The notes beneath the pieces are model-generated. The model searched no databases. It saw nothing but the letters and a program-made list of their open reading frames with translations, and was not told the DNA's origin. A stretch of 48,116 nucleotides of DNA, taken from NCBI GenBank assembly GCA_045401115.1, contig CP174359.1, forward strand, positions 1-48,116. Reading direction: 5' to 3'. Within the stretch, counting starts at the first letter, position 1, and each line of letters begins with the position of its first letter. The translations under genes and the position numbers were made by a program. Below are positions 1 to 12,513 of the stretch, in pieces. Source of the stretch: Candidatus Phycocordibacter aenigmaticus (GTDB taxonomy: Bacteria; Patescibacteriota; Minisyncoccia; Phycocordibacterales; Phycocordibacteraceae).

Positions 1-2870
1 AAACGCATCATCCACATTCAACGTATCTCCTGAGAGCGTGATGTTAGTGCCGGCTGCGAGGTTGGTATTGTCTGAGATGTCGATGGAGCTGAGGGTGGCG
101 ATAGTGCCGAGGCCAAGTGAGGTACGCGCGGTGGCACCTGATTCATAAGCAAAGGCACCGGAGCCAGTGGCGACGATGAACTGGCCGTCACTTGCTGCAG
201 CACCAAGAGTGTTGAGGTCTTGGAGGACGCCGGTGGTGGTGAGACCGCCTGCGGCTTGGACCAAGCCACCTGCTGCGGTGACCGTGAGGGTGTCGCCAGT
301 GAGGGTGATGCCGTTGCCGACGGCGAGGTTGGTGTTGCTTGAGATATCAACCGAAGTCAGGAACCCAGCATCATTGGTGAAGTCAGCGAGGGTAACGGTT
401 GTGTAGTCAATTTCGTTGTCAGAGACGGTATTGGTATCGAGGGTTGCTGAGCCGGTACTGTAGGTAAAGTCGCCATGATCACCATTAGCGATGTCTGAAG
501 CAAGAATAGATGAGGAAAGGTTGAGCTTGCTGTACGCAATAGCTGCCGCGCTATTGATGTCAGCGTTCACGATGGTGTCGTTGACGATTTCTGAAGAACT
601 AATAGAGGTACCTAAAGTAGCAGTGAGCGCATTGCCTGAGACCGTGAGGCCGGTGCCGGCGAACTCGTTGATCGTGTCGCCGCCGATGACAATGTTGCCG
701 CCCACGGTGATAGTGCCGGCTGAATCAATGGTGGTGGTGGCGGTGCCGCCTGCGTAGAGGGTGTCGAATACGGAAAGGAGTGTGGTTGAAGCGTTAGTGA
801 AGGTGTAGAGGCCGGTACCAGTGTCTCCTGTGTTTGAGAGGAACGCATCATCCACATTCAACGTATCTCCTGAGAGCGTGATGTTAGTGCCGGCTGCGAG
901 GTTGGTATTGTCTGAGATGTCGATGGAGCTGAGGGTGGCGATGGTGCCGAGGCCAAGTGAGGTACGCGCGGTGGCACCTGATTCATAAGCAAAGGCACCG
1001 GAGCCAGTGGCGACGATGAACTGGCCGTCACTTGCTGCAGCACCAAGAGTGTTGAGGTCTTGGAGGACGCCGGTGGTGGTGAGACCGCCGGTTGCTTGGG
1101 CAAGACCGCCGGTTGCGGTGACGGTGAGCGTGTCGCCAGTGAGGGTGATGCCGTTGCCGACGGCGAGGTTGGTGTTGCTTGAGATATCAACCGAAGTCAG
1201 GAACCCAGCATCATTGGTGAAGTCAGCGAGGGTAACGGTGGTGTAGTCAATTTCGTTGTCAGAGACGGTGTTTGCGTCAAGTGTTGCCGAGCCAGTTGCA
1301 TAGGTGAAGTCGCCATGATCACCATTAGCGATGTCTGAAGCAAGAATAGATGAGGAAAGGTTGAGCTTGCTGTACGCAATAGCTGCCGCGCTATTGATGT
1401 CAGCGTTCACGATGGTGTCGTTGACGATTTCTGAAGAACTAATAGAGGTACCTAAAGTAGCAGTGAGCGCATTGCCTGAGACCGTGAGGCCGGTGCCGGC
1501 GAACTCGTTGATCGTGTCGCCGCCGATGACAATGTTGCCGCCCACGGTGATAGTGCCGGCTGAATCAATGGTGGTGGTGGCGGTGCCGCCTGCGTAAAGG
1601 GTGTCGAATACGGAAAGGAGTGTGGTTGAAGCGTTAGTGAAGGTGTAGAGGCCGGTACCAGTGTCTCCTGTGTTTGAGAGGAACGCATCATCCACATTCA
1701 ACGTATCTCCTGAGAGCGTGATGTTAGTGCCGGCTGCGAGGTTGGTATTGTCTGAGATGTCGATGGAGCTGAGGGTGGCGATGGTGCCGAGGCCAAGTGA
1801 GGTACGCGCGGTGGCACCTGATTCATAAGCAAAGGCACCGGAGCCAGTGGCGACGATGAACTGGCCGTCAGAGGCTGCAGCACCAAGAGTGTTGAGGTCT
1901 TGGAGGACGCCGGTGGTGGTGAGACCGCCGGTTGCTTGGGCCAAGCCTCCTGCTGCGGTGACGGTGAGCGTGTCGCCGGTGAGGGTGATGCCGTTGCCGA
2001 CGGCGAGGTTGGTGTTGCTTGAGATATCAACCGAAGTCAGGAACCCAGCATCATTGGTGAAGTCAGCGAGGGTAACGGTGGTGTAGTCAATTTCGTTGTC
2101 AGAGACGGTGTTTGCGTCAAGTGTTGCCGAGCCAGTTGCATAGGTGAAGTCGCCATGATCACCATTAGCGATGTCTGAAGCAAGAATAGATGAGGAAAGG
2201 TTGAGCTTGCTGTACGCAATAGCTGCCGCGCTATTGATGTCAGCGTTCACGATGGTGTCGTTGACGATTTCTGAAGAACTAATAGAGGTACCTAAAGTAG
2301 CAGTGAGCGCATTGCCTGAGACCGTGAGGCCGGTGCCGGCGAACTCGTTGATCGTGTCGCCGCCGATGACAATGTTGCCGCCCACGGTGATAGTGCCGGC
2401 TGAATCAATGGTGGTGGTGGCGGTGCCGCCTGCGTAAAGGGTGTCGAATACGGAAAGGAGTGTGGTTGAAGCGTTAGTGAAGGTGTAGAGGCCGGTACCA
2501 GTGTCTCCTGTGTTTGAGAGGAACGCATCATCCACATTCAACGTATCTCCTGAGAGCGTGATGTTAGTGCCGGCTGCGAGGTTGGTATTGTCTGAGATGT
2601 CGATGGAGCTGAGGGTGGCGATGGTGCCGAGGCCAAGTGAGGTACGCGCGGTGGCACCTGATTCATAAGCAAAGGCACCGGAGCCAGTGGCGACGATGAA
2701 CTGGCCGTCAGAGGCTGCAGCACCAAGAGTGTTGAGGTCTTGGAGGACGCCGGTGGTGGTGAGACCGCCGGTTGCTTGGGCCAAGCCTCCTGCTGCGGTG
2801 ACGGTGAGCGTGTCGCCGGTGAGGGTGATGCCGTTGCCGACGGCGAGGTTGGTTTCGCTTGAGATATCAA
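1..2870. repeat. Intragenic tandem repeat, 840-bp (280-aa) unit, ~3.4 near-identical copies
   Basis: Positions 1, 841, 1681 and 2521 all begin (a/g)aacgcatcatccacattcaacgtatctcc. Shadow ORFs in the track recur with period 840. Identity breaks at ~2870. Confidence 0.97.
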
Positions 2871-5800
2871 TACTGCTACCAAGGAGTGAGACATTGCCTG
2901 AGAGTGCACCGTCTGCGACAGAACCTGATGCTGAGATGGTGAGATCATTGGCAACGTTTGCATCACCAATGGTGTCATTGTTCGTAAACACATTAGTCAC
3001 CCCAGTGAGGAACGACTCGAGTCCCCCTTCAGTGTTGGTGTTAAGAATGGTGGTGGAAGCGTTGATGAGGGCGTTGGTGTCAGTGTCAGTGTAGTGGTCG
3101 AGGTCTGCAATTTGTGATTCGGTGATGGAGAGGTTGGCAAGGGTGGTGATGGATGCCACTGAGGTGGTCGCGGCGAGGTTTGAGATGAAGTTGTTGGTAG
3201 CGCGGGTTGAGGTGAAGTAGAGGTTGTTTGAACCTTCTGCAAGGCCGTCAGTGGTGGTAGCGTACCAGTCTGAAAGCGCAAAGTAATTTGCAAGGTCAGT
3301 ATCATCGGCAAGGGTTGAGCCCCAGACACGGGTGTCGATTTGGTCAGTCTTGAGGTATCCGCCTGCGGTGAGGACGACCACACTGTCATCGGTACCTGGA
3401 CCAATGCTTGGTGCATGGATGGTTGAGTCAAACTCAGCACCGTTGGTGAAGGTTTGGGTGCCGCCCCAGGTGTTTGAGGTGGTGGTACCAAAGGCAATGC
3501 CAAGCGTATCACCGGTGAGCGTGAGTGGGTATGTGGTGGCAAGGTTTGTATTGCTCGAGATGTCGATGGAGCTGAGGGTGGCAAGGGTGCCGAGGCCGAG
3601 GCTGGTGCGGGCGGTTGAACCACTTTCGTATGCAAAGGTGCCTGCTCCTGTTGCCACGATGAACTGACCGTCAGAGGCTGCAGCACCGAGGGTGTTGAGG
3701 TCTTCAAGTATACCTGTGGTGGTGAGACCACCGGTTGCTTGGGCCAAGCCTCCTGCTGCGGTGACGGTGAGCGTGTCGCCGGTGAGGGTGATGCCGTTGC
3801 CGACAGCAAGATTAGTTTCGTCTGAGATGTCGATGGATGTACCGAGGGTTGCAGTGAGCGCATTGCCTGAGACCGTGAGGCCGGTGCCGGCGAACTCGTT
3901 GATCGTGTCGCCGCCGATGACAATGTTGCCGCCCACGGTGATAGTGCCGGCTGAATCAATGGTGGTGGTGGCGGTGCCGCCTGCGTAGAGGGTGTCGAAT
4001 ACGGAAAGGAGTGTGGTTGAAGCGTTAGTGAAGGTGTAGAGGCCGGTACCAGTGTCTCCTGTGTTTGAGAGGAACGCATCATCCACATTCAAGGTGTCTC
4101 CTGAGAGCGTGATGTTGGTGCCGGCTGCGAGGTTGGTATTGTCTGAGATGTCGATAGTGTCATTGTTCGTAAACACATTAGTCACCCCAGTGAGGAACGA
4201 CTCGAGTCCCCCTTCAGTGTTGGTGTTAAGAATGGTGGTGGAAGCGTTGATGAGGGCGTTGGTGTCAGTGTCAGTGTAGTGGTCGAGGTCTGCAATTTGT
4301 GATTCGGTGATGGAGAGGTTGGCAAGGGTGGTGATGGATGCCACTGAGGTGGTCGCGGCGAGGTTTGAGATGAAGTTGTTGGTAGCGCGGGTTGAGGTGA
4401 AGTAGAGGTTGTTTGAACCTTCTGCAAGGCCGTCAGTGGTGGTAGCGTACCAGTCTGAAAGCGCAAAGTAATTTGCAAGGTCAGTATCATCGGCAAGGGT
4501 TGAGCCCCAGACACGGGTGTCGATTTGGTCAGTCTTGAGGTATCCGCCTGCGGTGAGGACGACCACACTGTCATCGGTACCTGGACCAATGCTTGGTGCA
4601 TGGATGGTTGAGTCAAACTCAGCACCGTTGGTGAAGGTTTGGGTGCCGCCCCAGGTGTTTGAGGTGGTGGTACCAAAGGCAATGCCAAGCGTATCACCGG
4701 TGAGCGTGAGTGGGTATGTGGTGGCAAGGTTTGTATTGCTCGAGATGTCGATGGAGCTGAGGGTGGCAAGGGTGCCGAGGCCGAGGGTACTTCGTGCCGT
4801 ACCTGCGTCAGCATCATCTATTAAGGTACGACCGTATGAAGAGAGTGTAGTGAGGGTGGCAGATCCACTTCCGGTGAAGTATGGGAGTTGGTTAGCAGCA
4901 GAAGTGAGACCAGCGAGTGCAGCAAGTTCTGCGTCGTATGCTTGGACGTCAGAGCCGATGGCAAGGCCTAAGTTAGTACGGGCACCTGAGGCGGTGGTGG
5001 CACCGGTGCCGCCGCGGGCGATGGCAAGAGAACCAGACCAGGTTGGGGTGAAGGTATGGGTGTCACCTGATGAGGTAATAGTGAGACCGAGGTTAGTGTC
5101 ACTTGAGGTGGCGAAGGTTTGGGTTGAGCCAGTTTGGTATGAACCGGCTACACCGACTGCGGTGATTCCCCCGCCAGCGCCAGCGTCAGCGCCACAGGAG
5201 AAGGTGCCGTTGTTGTAGATGAGTTTGTCTCCTGAGTCGGCACATTCTGAGAGACCGAAGCCTGAGATGAATGAGCCGGTGAGGTGTGGGAGGGTTGAGG
5301 TGGCTGATGAGTCGGAGGCGGTGAAATATTCAGATACGGTCTCTCCCGCTACTGAAAGTTTTGCATATGGACTACTGGTGCCGATACCAACGTTGCCTTG
5401 TGACTGGACAACAAAATCAACTCCGCTGTTTTCATCAATAAACTCAAGTACATTGAAATTCACCTCATTATCGTAACTTTCAATTTTAAATATTGGCTCT
5501 GTTTGCGACTGATCTGAGTTGGTAATAACAAAACTTGATTTATCAACTGAAACATCATCAGCTTGTCGTAATTGCAATAATGCATCTGAAATTACTGTCC
5601 CGATACCCACATTCCCTGTCTGGGAATCATACACAAGCCCTGACGTATCAACGGCAAGACCACCTGCAAAGGTTGAGGTGGCAGCAGCGTCGTTGGCAAT
5701 AAACTCGGTGGCGGTGAGTGAGCCAGTGGTGGTGTCGTCACCGTTGTTAATAAGGAATGCATCGTCCACGTTGAGCGTGTCTCCTGAAAGCGTGATGTTG

Positions 5801-8800
5801 GTGCCGGCGGCGAGGTTGGTGTTGCTTGAGATGTCGATGGAGCTGAGAGTGGCAAGTGAACCAAGGCCGAGTGAGGTACGCGCGGTGGCGCCTGATTCAT
5901 AGGCAAAGGCACCGGAGCCGGTGGCGACGATGAACTGACCATCGCTTGCTGCAGCGCCAAGGGTGTTGAGGTCTTGGAGAACGCCGGTGGTGGTGAGGCC
6001 ACCGGTTGCTTGGGCAAGACCGCCGGTTGCGGTGACGGTGAGGGTGTCGCCGGTGAGAGTGATGCCGTTGCCGACGGCAAGGTTGGTATTGCTTGAGATG
6101 TCGATAGTGTCATTGTTCGTAAACACATTAGTCACCCCAGTGAGGAACGACTCGAGTCCCCCTTCAGTGTTGGTGTTGAGGATGGTGGTGGAAGCGTTGA
6201 TGAGAGCGTTGGCGTCAGTGTCAGTGTAGTGATCAAGGTCTGAGATTTGTGATTCGGTGATGGAGAGGTTGGCTAAGGTGGTGATGGATGCCACTGAGGT
6301 GGTAGCGGCGAGGTTTGAGATGAAGTTGTTGGTAGCGCGGGTGGTGGTGAAGTAGAGGTTGTTTGAACCTTCTGCAAGACCGTCAGTGGTGGTAGCGTAC
6401 CAGTCTGAAAGCGCAAAGTAATTTGCAAGGTCGGTGTCATCGGCAAGGGTTGAGCCCCAGACACGGGTGTCGATTTGGTCAGTCTTGAGGTATCCGCCTG
6501 CGGTGAGGACGACCACACTATCGTCAGTACCTGGGCCAATGCTTGGTGCATGGATGGTTGAGTCAAACTCAGCACCGTTGGTGAAGGTTTGTGTGCCGCC
6601 CCAGGTGTTTGAGGTGGTGGTACCAAAGGCAATGCCAAGCGTGTCACCGGTGAGCGTGAGTGGGTATGTGGTGGCGAGGTTGGTGTTGTCTGAGATGTCG
6701 ATGGAGCTGAGGGTGGCGAGTGAACCAAGACCAAGATTAGTGCGGGCACCTGAGGCAGTGGTGGCACCGGTGCCGCCGCGGGCGATGGTGAGGGTGCCGG
6801 TGGTGCCGGTGAGTATTGGAAGGCCGGTAGCGTCGGTGAGATCGAAGGCAGGGGTAGCGTCTGAGGCGCCGAGTGATACGGAGACGCCACCAAATGAGAC
6901 TGAGGAGTTGACGAGTTTGGCGTTAGTGACTGCGCTGTCTTCTATTTCAGAAGAGCCGATGGTGGTGCCGAGGTCTGCCGTCACATTGCCTGCTGAGTAG
7001 GTCAGGCCTCCTGAGAAGGTGGTGGTGGAGACCCAGGTGGGAGTGTCACCGGCGAGGGCGAGGATTTGTCCGTTGGTGCCTGCGGTGGTGGTGGCAAGTT
7101 GGTTAGTGCCATTGCCCACGAGGAGAGTGCCTGACTGTATTGCGCTCCATCCGGTGCCACCGTTGGAGACGCCGAGGATACCGGTGACGTCAGTGGCGAG
7201 GTTCACGAGTGCGGTGGTGACTGAGCCGGCGGTTGCTTTGAGGAAGCCAGTGAGGTTTCCGAGGGTGAAGGTGTTGCCGACTACGAGGTTTGAAGTGGAA
7301 GCGGTGTTTGATACGGCAAGGTTCGTAGTGGTGGCGTTGGTGGTGGTGCTGTTGGTTATTGTTGCGCTATCAGCAGCAAGTGTGGCGGTGTAGAAGTTGG
7401 TGCTGGTAGCATTCGTACTTGTTGCGTTTGTGGTGGTGAGGTTGGTGATGGTGGATGAGGCGTTGATGAGTACACCCACAGTAGTGGTTGGTGAGAGGGC
7501 GCCTCCGGTCAATTCAAAGGCTTGGCCGAAGGATGCGCCGCCGCCTGCGCCATCATCAGAACCATCACACAGATCAGCGCTGCCGGTTATCGCCACACAG
7601 AAGTCAGATGGTGATGTGCCATAGGTACCAAGGAAATCGAGTGCACCGCTAATACTTACACGTGGAAGTGTTGAAGTTGCGGTGGTTGTTGCAGTAAAGT
7701 GGCTCGCCACTGTTTCCCCCACTACTGAAAGTTTTGCGTATGGTGAGGTGGTGCCGATGCCGATGCGATCGTTCACACTATCAATAACCAACGTTGATGT
7801 GTCAAAGGTATAGTCACCAGTTGCAGTGTCTCCTGTATTTAATAAGAACGCGTCATCCACATTCAACGTATCTCCTGAGAGCGTAATGTTGGTGCCGGCT
7901 GCGAGGTTTGTATTGCTCGAGATGTCGATAGAGCTGAGGGTGGCGAGAGAGCCGAGGCCGAGGCTGGTACGTGCGGTTGAACCACTTTCATATGCAAAGG
8001 TGCCTGCTCCTGTTGCCACGATGAACTGACCGTCACTGGCTGCAGCACCAAGAGTGTTGAGATCTTCGAGTACTCCGGTGGTAGTGAGACCACCGGTTGC
8101 TTGGGCCAAGCCTCCTGCTGCGGTGACGGTGAGGGTGTCGCCGGTCAAAGTGATACCGTTGCCGACAGCAAGATTAGTTTCGTCTGAGATGTCGATGGAT
8201 GTACCGAGGGTCGCAGTGAGCGCATTGCCTGAGACCGTGAGACCGGTGCCGGTGAGATCGGTAACGGTCTCACTATTTACAGAAATTCCGGAATCGAATG
8301 TAGCAAGACCGGTGGTGCGAAGTGTTCCAGCAACGTCGAGTTTATATGAAGGAGTGGTGTCGCCGATGCCGACATTGCCATCAATAGGGTTCAAAATAAC
8401 ATTTACATCATTACCTACACTTGGTTCAGTACCTTGAAAATATACATACCCATTAACCCCAGCGACTGCACCAATTTTAGCTGCTCTATCATTAGAACCA
8501 GTGTTTGTTTCAAACCGTAAAATACCGTGTGTGGTACTCGGTGGTGTTGAAACAGACGAAAACACATGAAGTGGAGCTGACGGACTGTTTGTTCCAATAC
8601 CAACGTTACCGCCACTCGTAGCAAAGTATGCAGAGCCTGTTGAAGAGAGTTGTGTCGTTGAAGCATTACCAGTCACTGTAAGGAGTGAGCCGTCAAAAGT
8701 GAGGTTGCTTTCTGCAGTAAGTGCCGATGTGCCGTTGCCGGTGAGTAATGCATTAGCGGTAAGAGTGGTGGCTCCTGTACCTCCATTTGTAACAGGAAGT

Positions 8801-10788
8801 GTGCCAGTCACTTCACTGGTCAAGTCTACTGAAGTACCGAGTGTAGTTTGAAGGGCATTACCTGAGATAGTGAGGCCGGTGCCGGTGAGGTCGGTAATGT
8901 AATCACTACCGAGTGCGAAATTAGTTGTTGAAAGATTTGGCAATGTTGAGGTTGCGGTGGTACTTGTTGCCTGAAAGTACGGCGCTGCAATTTGTCGCCA
9001 TGCTTCAAGTCCACCAGCAAAGGTTGAGGTGCCAGTGCCGCTAATGGCAATGTTTTGTGTGGTGGTTGGTGCGAGAGCTGATTGTGAAAATATATTTGTA
9101 GCAAGTTCAAAAGCTTGACCAAACGATGAGCCACTATTGGTTGAAAGACAGGTACCATTAACTGCGAAACAACCGCCAGTAATATTAAAACCGACGTTCG
9201 AGGTTGTGGTGGCGGATCCGTTAATATTTAAACCTGAGAGTGTCGTAGTACCGAAGCCGTCGCCTGCAACAGAAAGGAAGTTTGTACTTGGTGATGATGA
9301 TGCCACCGAGAATACTGGCGTTGTTTGTCCAGCTGATGCTTGCGCTGCAAGTGTTGCATATGGCGACGTTGTCCCGACACCTACACCACCAGTAGTGTAA
9401 TAGATATCACTCCCTGCGGTAGTCCACTGTGTCGTACCTGATGTAGGGATATTCGTCCACGCACCTCCATTGTTCTTTACTTGAAGCGTGCCGCCATTAT
9501 CACGGAATCCATACCCACTGGCACTTGCTGTGTCTCCGAAATTAATGTATCGGCTCGTACCTGAAAGAATAACGTCGCCATAGACATCAAGTTGCGCCAA
9601 CGGTGAAGACGTCGCAACACCGATATATCCAGAAGAATCGAAAAAGAGTGTTGAGGTTGCACTCAACGTATCACCAGTTGCAGCATAATACGGAACATAT
9701 CCTAATGTACCGGAATTTACCGTACCACTACCACTGCCACCACCGACACCACTCGTGCCTGAAATTGACCCTCCTATAATAGTGGGGTTAGTAATAGTGA
9801 CACCATTCAAATTATCAATGCGGTTCGTAAGTGAGATGGCACGGAAGTTTCCAGCGCTGGCTTTATCGCTTGCGGCGGTGAAGCGGGTGATTTCTTGTCT
9901 GAGTTCATTTTCAAGTTGTTGGAGGCGTATGGTGAGATCATTATCTGAAACACCGCTATACGATACTTCTCGAGTGATGTTATTGACCACCGTGGTTGGC
10001 GTACGCTCTATGATGCGTTCAACAATTCTTGTATCGGCAGAAGATTCGTTAGAGTCACTGTTACTACCTAGTCCTCGTTTTGGATAGACCAATGCAGGTG
10101 GTGTGTAGTCATCGACCCAAAGTCGATCACCGATAGTACTAATAATTCCTTGTGGTGAAAAAGAGAAAGCAAGATTTTGATTCTGCAAAGAATCGACACT
10201 CGTCACTGATGCTGAAAGTTGCTGTGCCTTTCCAAGAAAAGTGGTTGATATTTTTTGCGCTTGTTTAAATCCTTTGTTTACCACTTCACGAACATGAGTA
10301 GGACTATAGTCTGCATATGAAAATGTAGACACACCAAATATCAATAACAATGCTAGTGACAAAACACCGATTTGTTTTGGTGCATGTTCAACGATACTTT
10401 TTTGTACTTTCTTTGCTAGAGGTTGTGCACGCCAGTATTCCTGTCTTCTTTGTTCAGCAAGTTCTTCTCGTCGCAGTGCATTCTTTTTTTGTTGTGACTC
10501 AAAAAACAGAATGAGTGAGTGCCGACTCACCTGCACATCCTTTCCTTCTTTTTTTGAAAGAAGAGTCCCAGTTCTTGCCAAAGAAATAATGTATTTCTCA
10601 CTGTAGCCGGTGAGCGTTTGAGCTTCAGAAACAGTGACATACACATCCCCTTTTGAAATGACTTCTGCTTGACGCTCTTCATGCGAAAGATGCGACAAAG
10701 TACCTTGTTCGCGTTCCTTTATATGTGCACCAGCGCGACCCTTTTCATAGGGTGGCTGATTACTTTCTTCGTGTTCGTTATCAGTCAT
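1..10788 (-). CDS. Giant membrane-anchored repetitive surface protein (>=3596 aa, 3' end outside window): N-terminal HTH_17/excisionase-like domain, one TM helix, then an S/T/G-rich repeat stalk
   Basis: Translated by hand. ATG at 10788 ([14 protein letters not shown]...) has an in-frame TAG just upstream. The frame is still open at position 1 (...[34 protein letters not shown]) and at spot checks near 5400, 7300 and 8400. The ORF is absent from the track, consistent with no stop inside the window. HTH-like segment aa ~49-96 ([26 protein letters not shown]); hydrophobic helix aa ~140-158 ([19 protein letters not shown]); recurrent GIGT(T/S)SP-type and tail-fibre-like motifs. Confidence 0.93.
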   Translation of the reverse strand, partial: MTDNEHEESNQPPYEKGRAGAHIKEREQGTLSHLSHEERQAEVISKGDVYVTVSEAQTLTGYSEKYIISLARTGTLLSKKEGKDVQVSRHSLILFFESQQKKNALRREELAEQRRQEYWRAQPLAKKVQKSIVEHAPKQIGVLSLALLLIFGVSTFSYADYSPTHVREVVNKGFKQAQKISTTFLGKAQQLSASVTSVDSLQNQNLAFSFSPQGIISTIGDRLWVDDYTPPALVYPKRGLGSNSDSNESSADTRIVERIIERTPTTVVNNITREVSYSGVSDNDLTIRLQQLENELRQEITRFTAASDKASAGNFRAISLTNRIDNLNGVTITNPTIIGGSISGTSGVGGGSGSGTVNSGTLGYVPYYAATGDTLSATSTLFFDSSGYIGVATSSPLAQLDVYGDVILSGTSRYINFGDTASASGYGFRDNGGTLQVKNNGGAWTNIPTSGTTQWTTAGSDIYYTTGGVGVGTTSPYATLAAQASAGQTTPVFSVASSSPSTNFLSVAGDGFGTTTLSGLNINGSATTTSNVGFNITGGCFAVNGTCLSTNSGSSFGQAFELATNIFSQSALAPTTTQNIAISGTGTSTFAGGLEAWRQIAAPYFQATSTTATSTLPNLSTTNFALGSDYITDLTGTGLTISGNALQTTLGTSVDLTSEVTGTLPVTNGGTGATTLTANALLTGNGTSALTAESNLTFDGSLLTVTGNASTTQLSSTGSAYFATSGGNVGIGTNSPSAPLHVFSSVSTPPSTTHGILRFETNTGSNDRAAKIGAVAGVNGYVYFQGTEPSVGNDVNVILNPIDGNVGIGDTTPSYKLDVAGTLRTTGLATFDSGISVNSETVTDLTGTGLTVSGNALTATLGTSIDISDETNLAVGNGITLTGDTLTVTAAGGLAQATGGLTTTGVLEDLNTLGAAASDGQFIVATGAGTFAYESGSTARTSLGLGSLATLSSIDISSNTNLAAGTNITLSGDTLNVDDAFLLNTGDTATGDYTFDTSTLVIDSVNDRIGIGTTSPYAKLSVVGETVASHFTATTTATSTLPRVSISGALDFLGTYGTSPSDFCVAITGSADLCDGSDDGAGGGASFGQAFELTGGALSPTTTVGVLINASSTITNLTTTNATSTNATSTNFYTATLAADSATITNSTTTNATTTNLAVSNTASTSNLVVGNTFTLGNLTGFLKATAGSVTTALVNLATDVTGILGVSNGGTGWSAIQSGTLLVGNGTNQLATTTAGTNGQILALAGDTPTWVSTTTFSGGLTYSAGNVTADLGTTIGSSEIEDSAVTNAKLVNSSVSFGGVSVSLGASDATPAFDLTDATGLPILTGTTGTLTIARGGTGATTASGARTNLGLGSLATLSSIDISDNTNLATTYPLTLTGDTLGIAFGTTTSNTWGGTQTFTNGAEFDSTIHAPSIGPGTDDSVVVLTAGGYLKTDQIDTRVWGSTLADDTDLANYFALSDWYATTTDGLAEGSNNLYFTTTRATNNFISNLAATTSVASITTLANLSITESQISDLDHYTDTDANALINASTTILNTNTEGGLESFLTGVTNVFTNNDTIDISSNTNLAVGNGITLTGDTLTVTATGGLAQATGGLTTTGVLQDLNTLGAAASDGQFIVATGSGAFAYESGATARTSLGLGSLATLSSIDISSNTNLAAGTNITLSGDTLNVDDAFLINNGDDTTTGSLTATEFIANDAAATSTFAGGLAVDTSGLVYDSQTGNVGIGTVISDALLQLRQADDVSVDKSSFVITNSDQSQTEPIFKIESYDNEVNFNVLEFIDENSGVDFVVQSQGNVGIGTSSPYAKLSVAGETVSEYFTASDSSATSTLPHLTGSFISGFGLSECADSGDKLIYNNGTFSCGADAGAGGGITAVGVAGSYQTGSTQTFATSSDTNLGLTITSSGDTHTFTPTWSGSLAIARGGTGATTASGARTNLGLAIGSDVQAYDAELAALAGLTSAANQLPYFTGSGSATLTTLSSYGRTLIDDADAGTARSTLGLGTLATLSSIDISSNTNLATTYPLTLTGDTLGIAFGTTTSNTWGGTQTFTNGAEFDSTIHAPSIGPGTDDSVVVLTAGGYLKTDQIDTRVWGSTLADDTDLANYFALSDWYATTTDGLAEGSNNLYFTSTRATNNFISNLAATTSVASITTLANLSITESQIADLDHYTDTDTNALINASTTILNTNTEGGLESFLTGVTNVFTNNDTIDISDNTNLAAGTNITLSGDTLNVDDAFLSNTGDTGTGLYTFTNASTTLLSVFDTLYAGGTATTTIDSAGTITVGGNIVIGGDTINEFAGTGLTVSGNALTATLGTSIDISDETNLAVGNGITLTGDTLTVTAAGGLAQATGGLTTTGILEDLNTLGAAASDGQFIVATGAGTFAYESGSTARTSLGLGTLATLSSIDISSNTNLATTYPLTLTGDTLGIAFGTTTSNTWGGTQTFTNGAEFDSTIHAPSIGPGTDDSVVVLTAGGYLKTDQIDTRVWGSTLADDTDLANYFALSDWYATTTDGLAEGSNNLYFTSTRATNNFISNLAATTSVASITTLANLSITESQIADLDHYTDTDTNALINASTTILNTNTEGGLESFLTGVTNVFTNNDTIGDANVANDLTISASGSVADGALSGNVSLLGSSIDISSETNLAVGNGITLTGDTLTVTAAGGLAQATGGLTTTGVLQDLNTLGAAASDGQFIVATGSGAFAYESGATARTSLGLGTIATLSSIDISDNTNLAAGTNITLSGDTLNVDDAFLSNTGDTGTGLYTFTNASTTLLSVFDTLYAGGTATTTIDSAGTITVGGNIVIGGDTINEFAGTGLTVSGNALTATLGTSISSSEIVNDTIVNADINSAAAIAYSKLNLSSSILASDIANGDHGDFTYATGSATLDANTVSDNEIDYTTVTLADFTNDAGFLTSVDISSNTNLAVGNGITLTGDTLTVTAAGGLAQATGGLTTTGVLQDLNTLGAAASDGQFIVATGSGAFAYESGATARTSLGLGTIATLSSIDISDNTNLAAGTNITLSGDTLNVDDAFLSNTGDTGTGLYTFTNASTTLLSVFDTLYAGGTATTTIDSAGTITVGGNIVIGGDTINEFAGTGLTVSGNALTATLGTSISSSEIVNDTIVNADINSAAAIAYSKLNLSSSILASDIANGDHGDFTYATGSATLDANTVSDNEIDYTTVTLADFTNDAGFLTSVDISSNTNLAVGNGITLTGDTLTVTATGGLAQATGGLTTTGVLQDLNTLGAAASDGQFIVATGSGAFAYESGATARTSLGLGTIATLSSIDISDNTNLAAGTNITLSGDTLNVDDAFLSNTGDTGTGLYTFTNASTTLLSVFDTLYAGGTATTTIDSAGTITVGGNIVIGGDTINEFAGTGLTVSGNALTATLGTSISSSEIVNDTIVNADINSAAAIAYSKLNLSSSILASDIANGDHGDFTYSTGSATLDTNTVSDNEIDYTTVTLADFTNDAGFLTSVDISSNTNLAVGNGITLTGDTLTVTAAGGLVQAAGGLTTTGVLQDLNTLGAAASDGQFIVATGSGAFAYESGATARTSLGLGTIATLSSIDISDNTNLAAGTNITLSGDTLNVDDAF
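2972..6720. repeat. Second intragenic module (~630 bp) in three copies: ~2972-3601, ~4157-4786, ~6107-6720
   Basis: Each copy starts gtgtcattgttcgtaaacacattagtcaccccagtgaggaacgactcgag. Copies 1 and 2 are 1185 bp apart and near-identical. Confidence 0.92.
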
Positions 10789-11179
10789 TCGTTTTTGGAA
10801 TATATCTATATGATAACTGGATATTTTCTAAAAATAGGGCTTCAGAAAAAACTCCTGTGGATTTGAAAGAATAGAAACCACTTGTAAAGATTTTTGAAGT
10901 ACATACGAATGAGTAGATTTCTTTCTTACAATTCCCTTTTAAGGACCTTAATGTAATGAAGAAGAAATAGTACTTTTGAAGATACTCATACCACCCCACC
11001 GCCTCTGTGACGGGTATCGATTCTATTATAGGAGTGGCGCTTGTCCGAGGTCGGACATGATATGTGTGCAGGCGGTTTGTGATTATATGCATTCCTTATA
11101 TATATAGAACATCAGTCCATATAAGGACGATCCTCTATATGAGGTACCAATATATGAACGTAGGGTTAAAAATCCATAG

Positions 11180-11220
11180 AGGCACCAAATATCGAGGACC
11201 GACCTCGATATTTGGTGCCT
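11180..11220. repeat. Perfect 18-bp-arm inverted repeat with GAGG-ACCGA-CCTC core (dispersed palindrome family)
   Basis: AGGCACCAAATATCGAGG accga CCTCGATATTTGGTGCCT. Confidence 0.9.
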
Positions 11221-11442
11221 GCTGTCGTTGTTAAGTACGGTCTTTGGCGGGTAAGAGGTGTTTTTAACTATCTCGGATTGCCGAGAAAATATTTATACGG
11301 CTAAAAATATAGTTTTTATGGATATCTCGGATACATGAATACTAACCTAAGACACAGAGGCTCTAGTGATTACTATCTACTACGACAGTAGATACACGTT
11401 CGATAATGCGTTCAGTAACTACACCTCTAATGGATCTGGGAT

Positions 11443-12354
11443 TTAGTTCTTCTCTTTCTTTGGGAGCACAAGTGTTGGAGGTGTATAGCTATCTTGCCAC
11501 AAGAAGTCACTAAGGGCGCTGATAACACCAGGAACAGAGAACGTAGCGGCAATGTTTTGCACATCATCTACCGTTACACTCTCAAAGAGAGTAGTGGCAA
11601 TTAAGTGCGCTGTTTTTTGAGATTCAATTATTATTATAGAGGCAGTTTTACCTGCGTCAGTCACCACACGTTGCGAGACTGACCGCATGTCAGATGCAAG
11701 TTCCTTTGTAATCATGTCGCGGTCAATCCAGAGATCGGCGAGGTGATCAGAGAACCGGTCATGCCAGTTTAAAAATTTTACCGGTGCGTGGTGGAGCGTC
11801 AGTACACCATTGGTATAACCAACGACGATTCTTTTTGAAGCACTGAGTACTAATTCCCCACTTTGCCGGTATACATTCTGCAGTGTCTCTGTCGCGCCAC
11901 TATTACGTACCCCTATTTCGACTGTCATTATTTTTTGTGATACTGCACGAGCGATATTCTGTGGCCCACCATCTTGAAAAGCAGTATAACCCACCGTAAG
12001 AGCAGAGAAGAACACAAATGCACCAGCTACCGCACCAACAAGGCGCGCAAACGTAACTGTAGTAGCATTGTCAGAACCAAGAGAAGTGGCGGCTTGTTGG
12101 TGAAGAGAATTAAAATATTCACGTGAACGTGCTGCACTAAGTTCTTTAGTGCGTCTTTCTTTTTCTTTTTTAACTGAATCAACGAATGTGAGAAACGAAT
12201 CACGGTCAATGAACCATACGCCATTTATTTTTTCACCTACTATCTGCTGAGTGCGCGCAAGACGACCAATGTAATCAGACGTATATCCAAATTCTTTAGC
12301 AAGTAATTTTGCTGAAGCATGGTTATTATTTTTAGGTGTGGAGGCGGTAGTCAT
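11443..12354 (-). CDS. HTH_17-like domain + TM protein; stand-alone paralog of the giant protein's N-terminal anchor region
   Basis: 303-aa ORF. HTH motif AKLLAKEFGYTSDYIGRLARTQQIVGEKINGVWFIDRDSF; TM LVGAVAGAFVFFSALTVGY. C-terminus ISALSDFLWQDSYTPPTLVLPK matches [22 protein letters not shown] in the giant protein. Confidence 0.88.
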   Translation of the reverse strand: MTTASTPKNNNHASAKLLAKEFGYTSDYIGRLARTQQIVGEKINGVWFIDRDSFLTFVDSVKKEKERRTKELSAARSREYFNSLHQQAATSLGSDNATTVTFARLVGAVAGAFVFFSALTVGYTAFQDGGPQNIARAVSQKIMTVEIGVRNSGATETLQNVYRQSGELVLSASKRIVVGYTNGVLTLHHAPVKFLNWHDRFSDHLADLWIDRDMITKELASDMRSVSQRVVTDAGKTASIIIIESQKTAHLIATTLFESVTVDDVQNIAATFSVPGVISALSDFLWQDSYTPPTLVLPKKEKN

Positions 12355-12513
12355 AAATAGACGAACTACCTTTTAGTTTACTAGTTATTTCGGCTTTTTT
12401 GGCACAGAAAAAATACCAATGTGGAATATCTACAAACAAGCAGAGTACTACGTTACTACTGTAACCCAGTCATCATATACCCTCTTTGTGACCCTAATGT
12501 GTGAGTAGGAATA

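Noticed and set aside
1-2870. 840-bp repeats or heptamer arrays as a CRISPR array
   Set aside because: No constant 25-45-bp repeat with unique spacers, no cas genes; the 840-bp units are in-frame coding repeats.
18-10087. Dozens of S/P/T-rich or V/A-rich ORFs in the track on both strands
   Set aside because: They are shadow frames of the single giant minus-strand ORF; they repeat with its period and have no independent signals.
10781-11092. 103-aa ORF upstream of the giant gene
   Set aside because: No recognisable motifs; it crosses palindromic non-coding elements and overlaps the giant gene's start in another frame; probably spurious.
11335-11400. Possible c-di-GMP-I riboswitch (minus strand GAGCCTCTGTGTCTTAGG resembles part of the motif)
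   Set aside because: The GGCAAAC, GAAA tetraloop and GACGCAAAG elements are missing.
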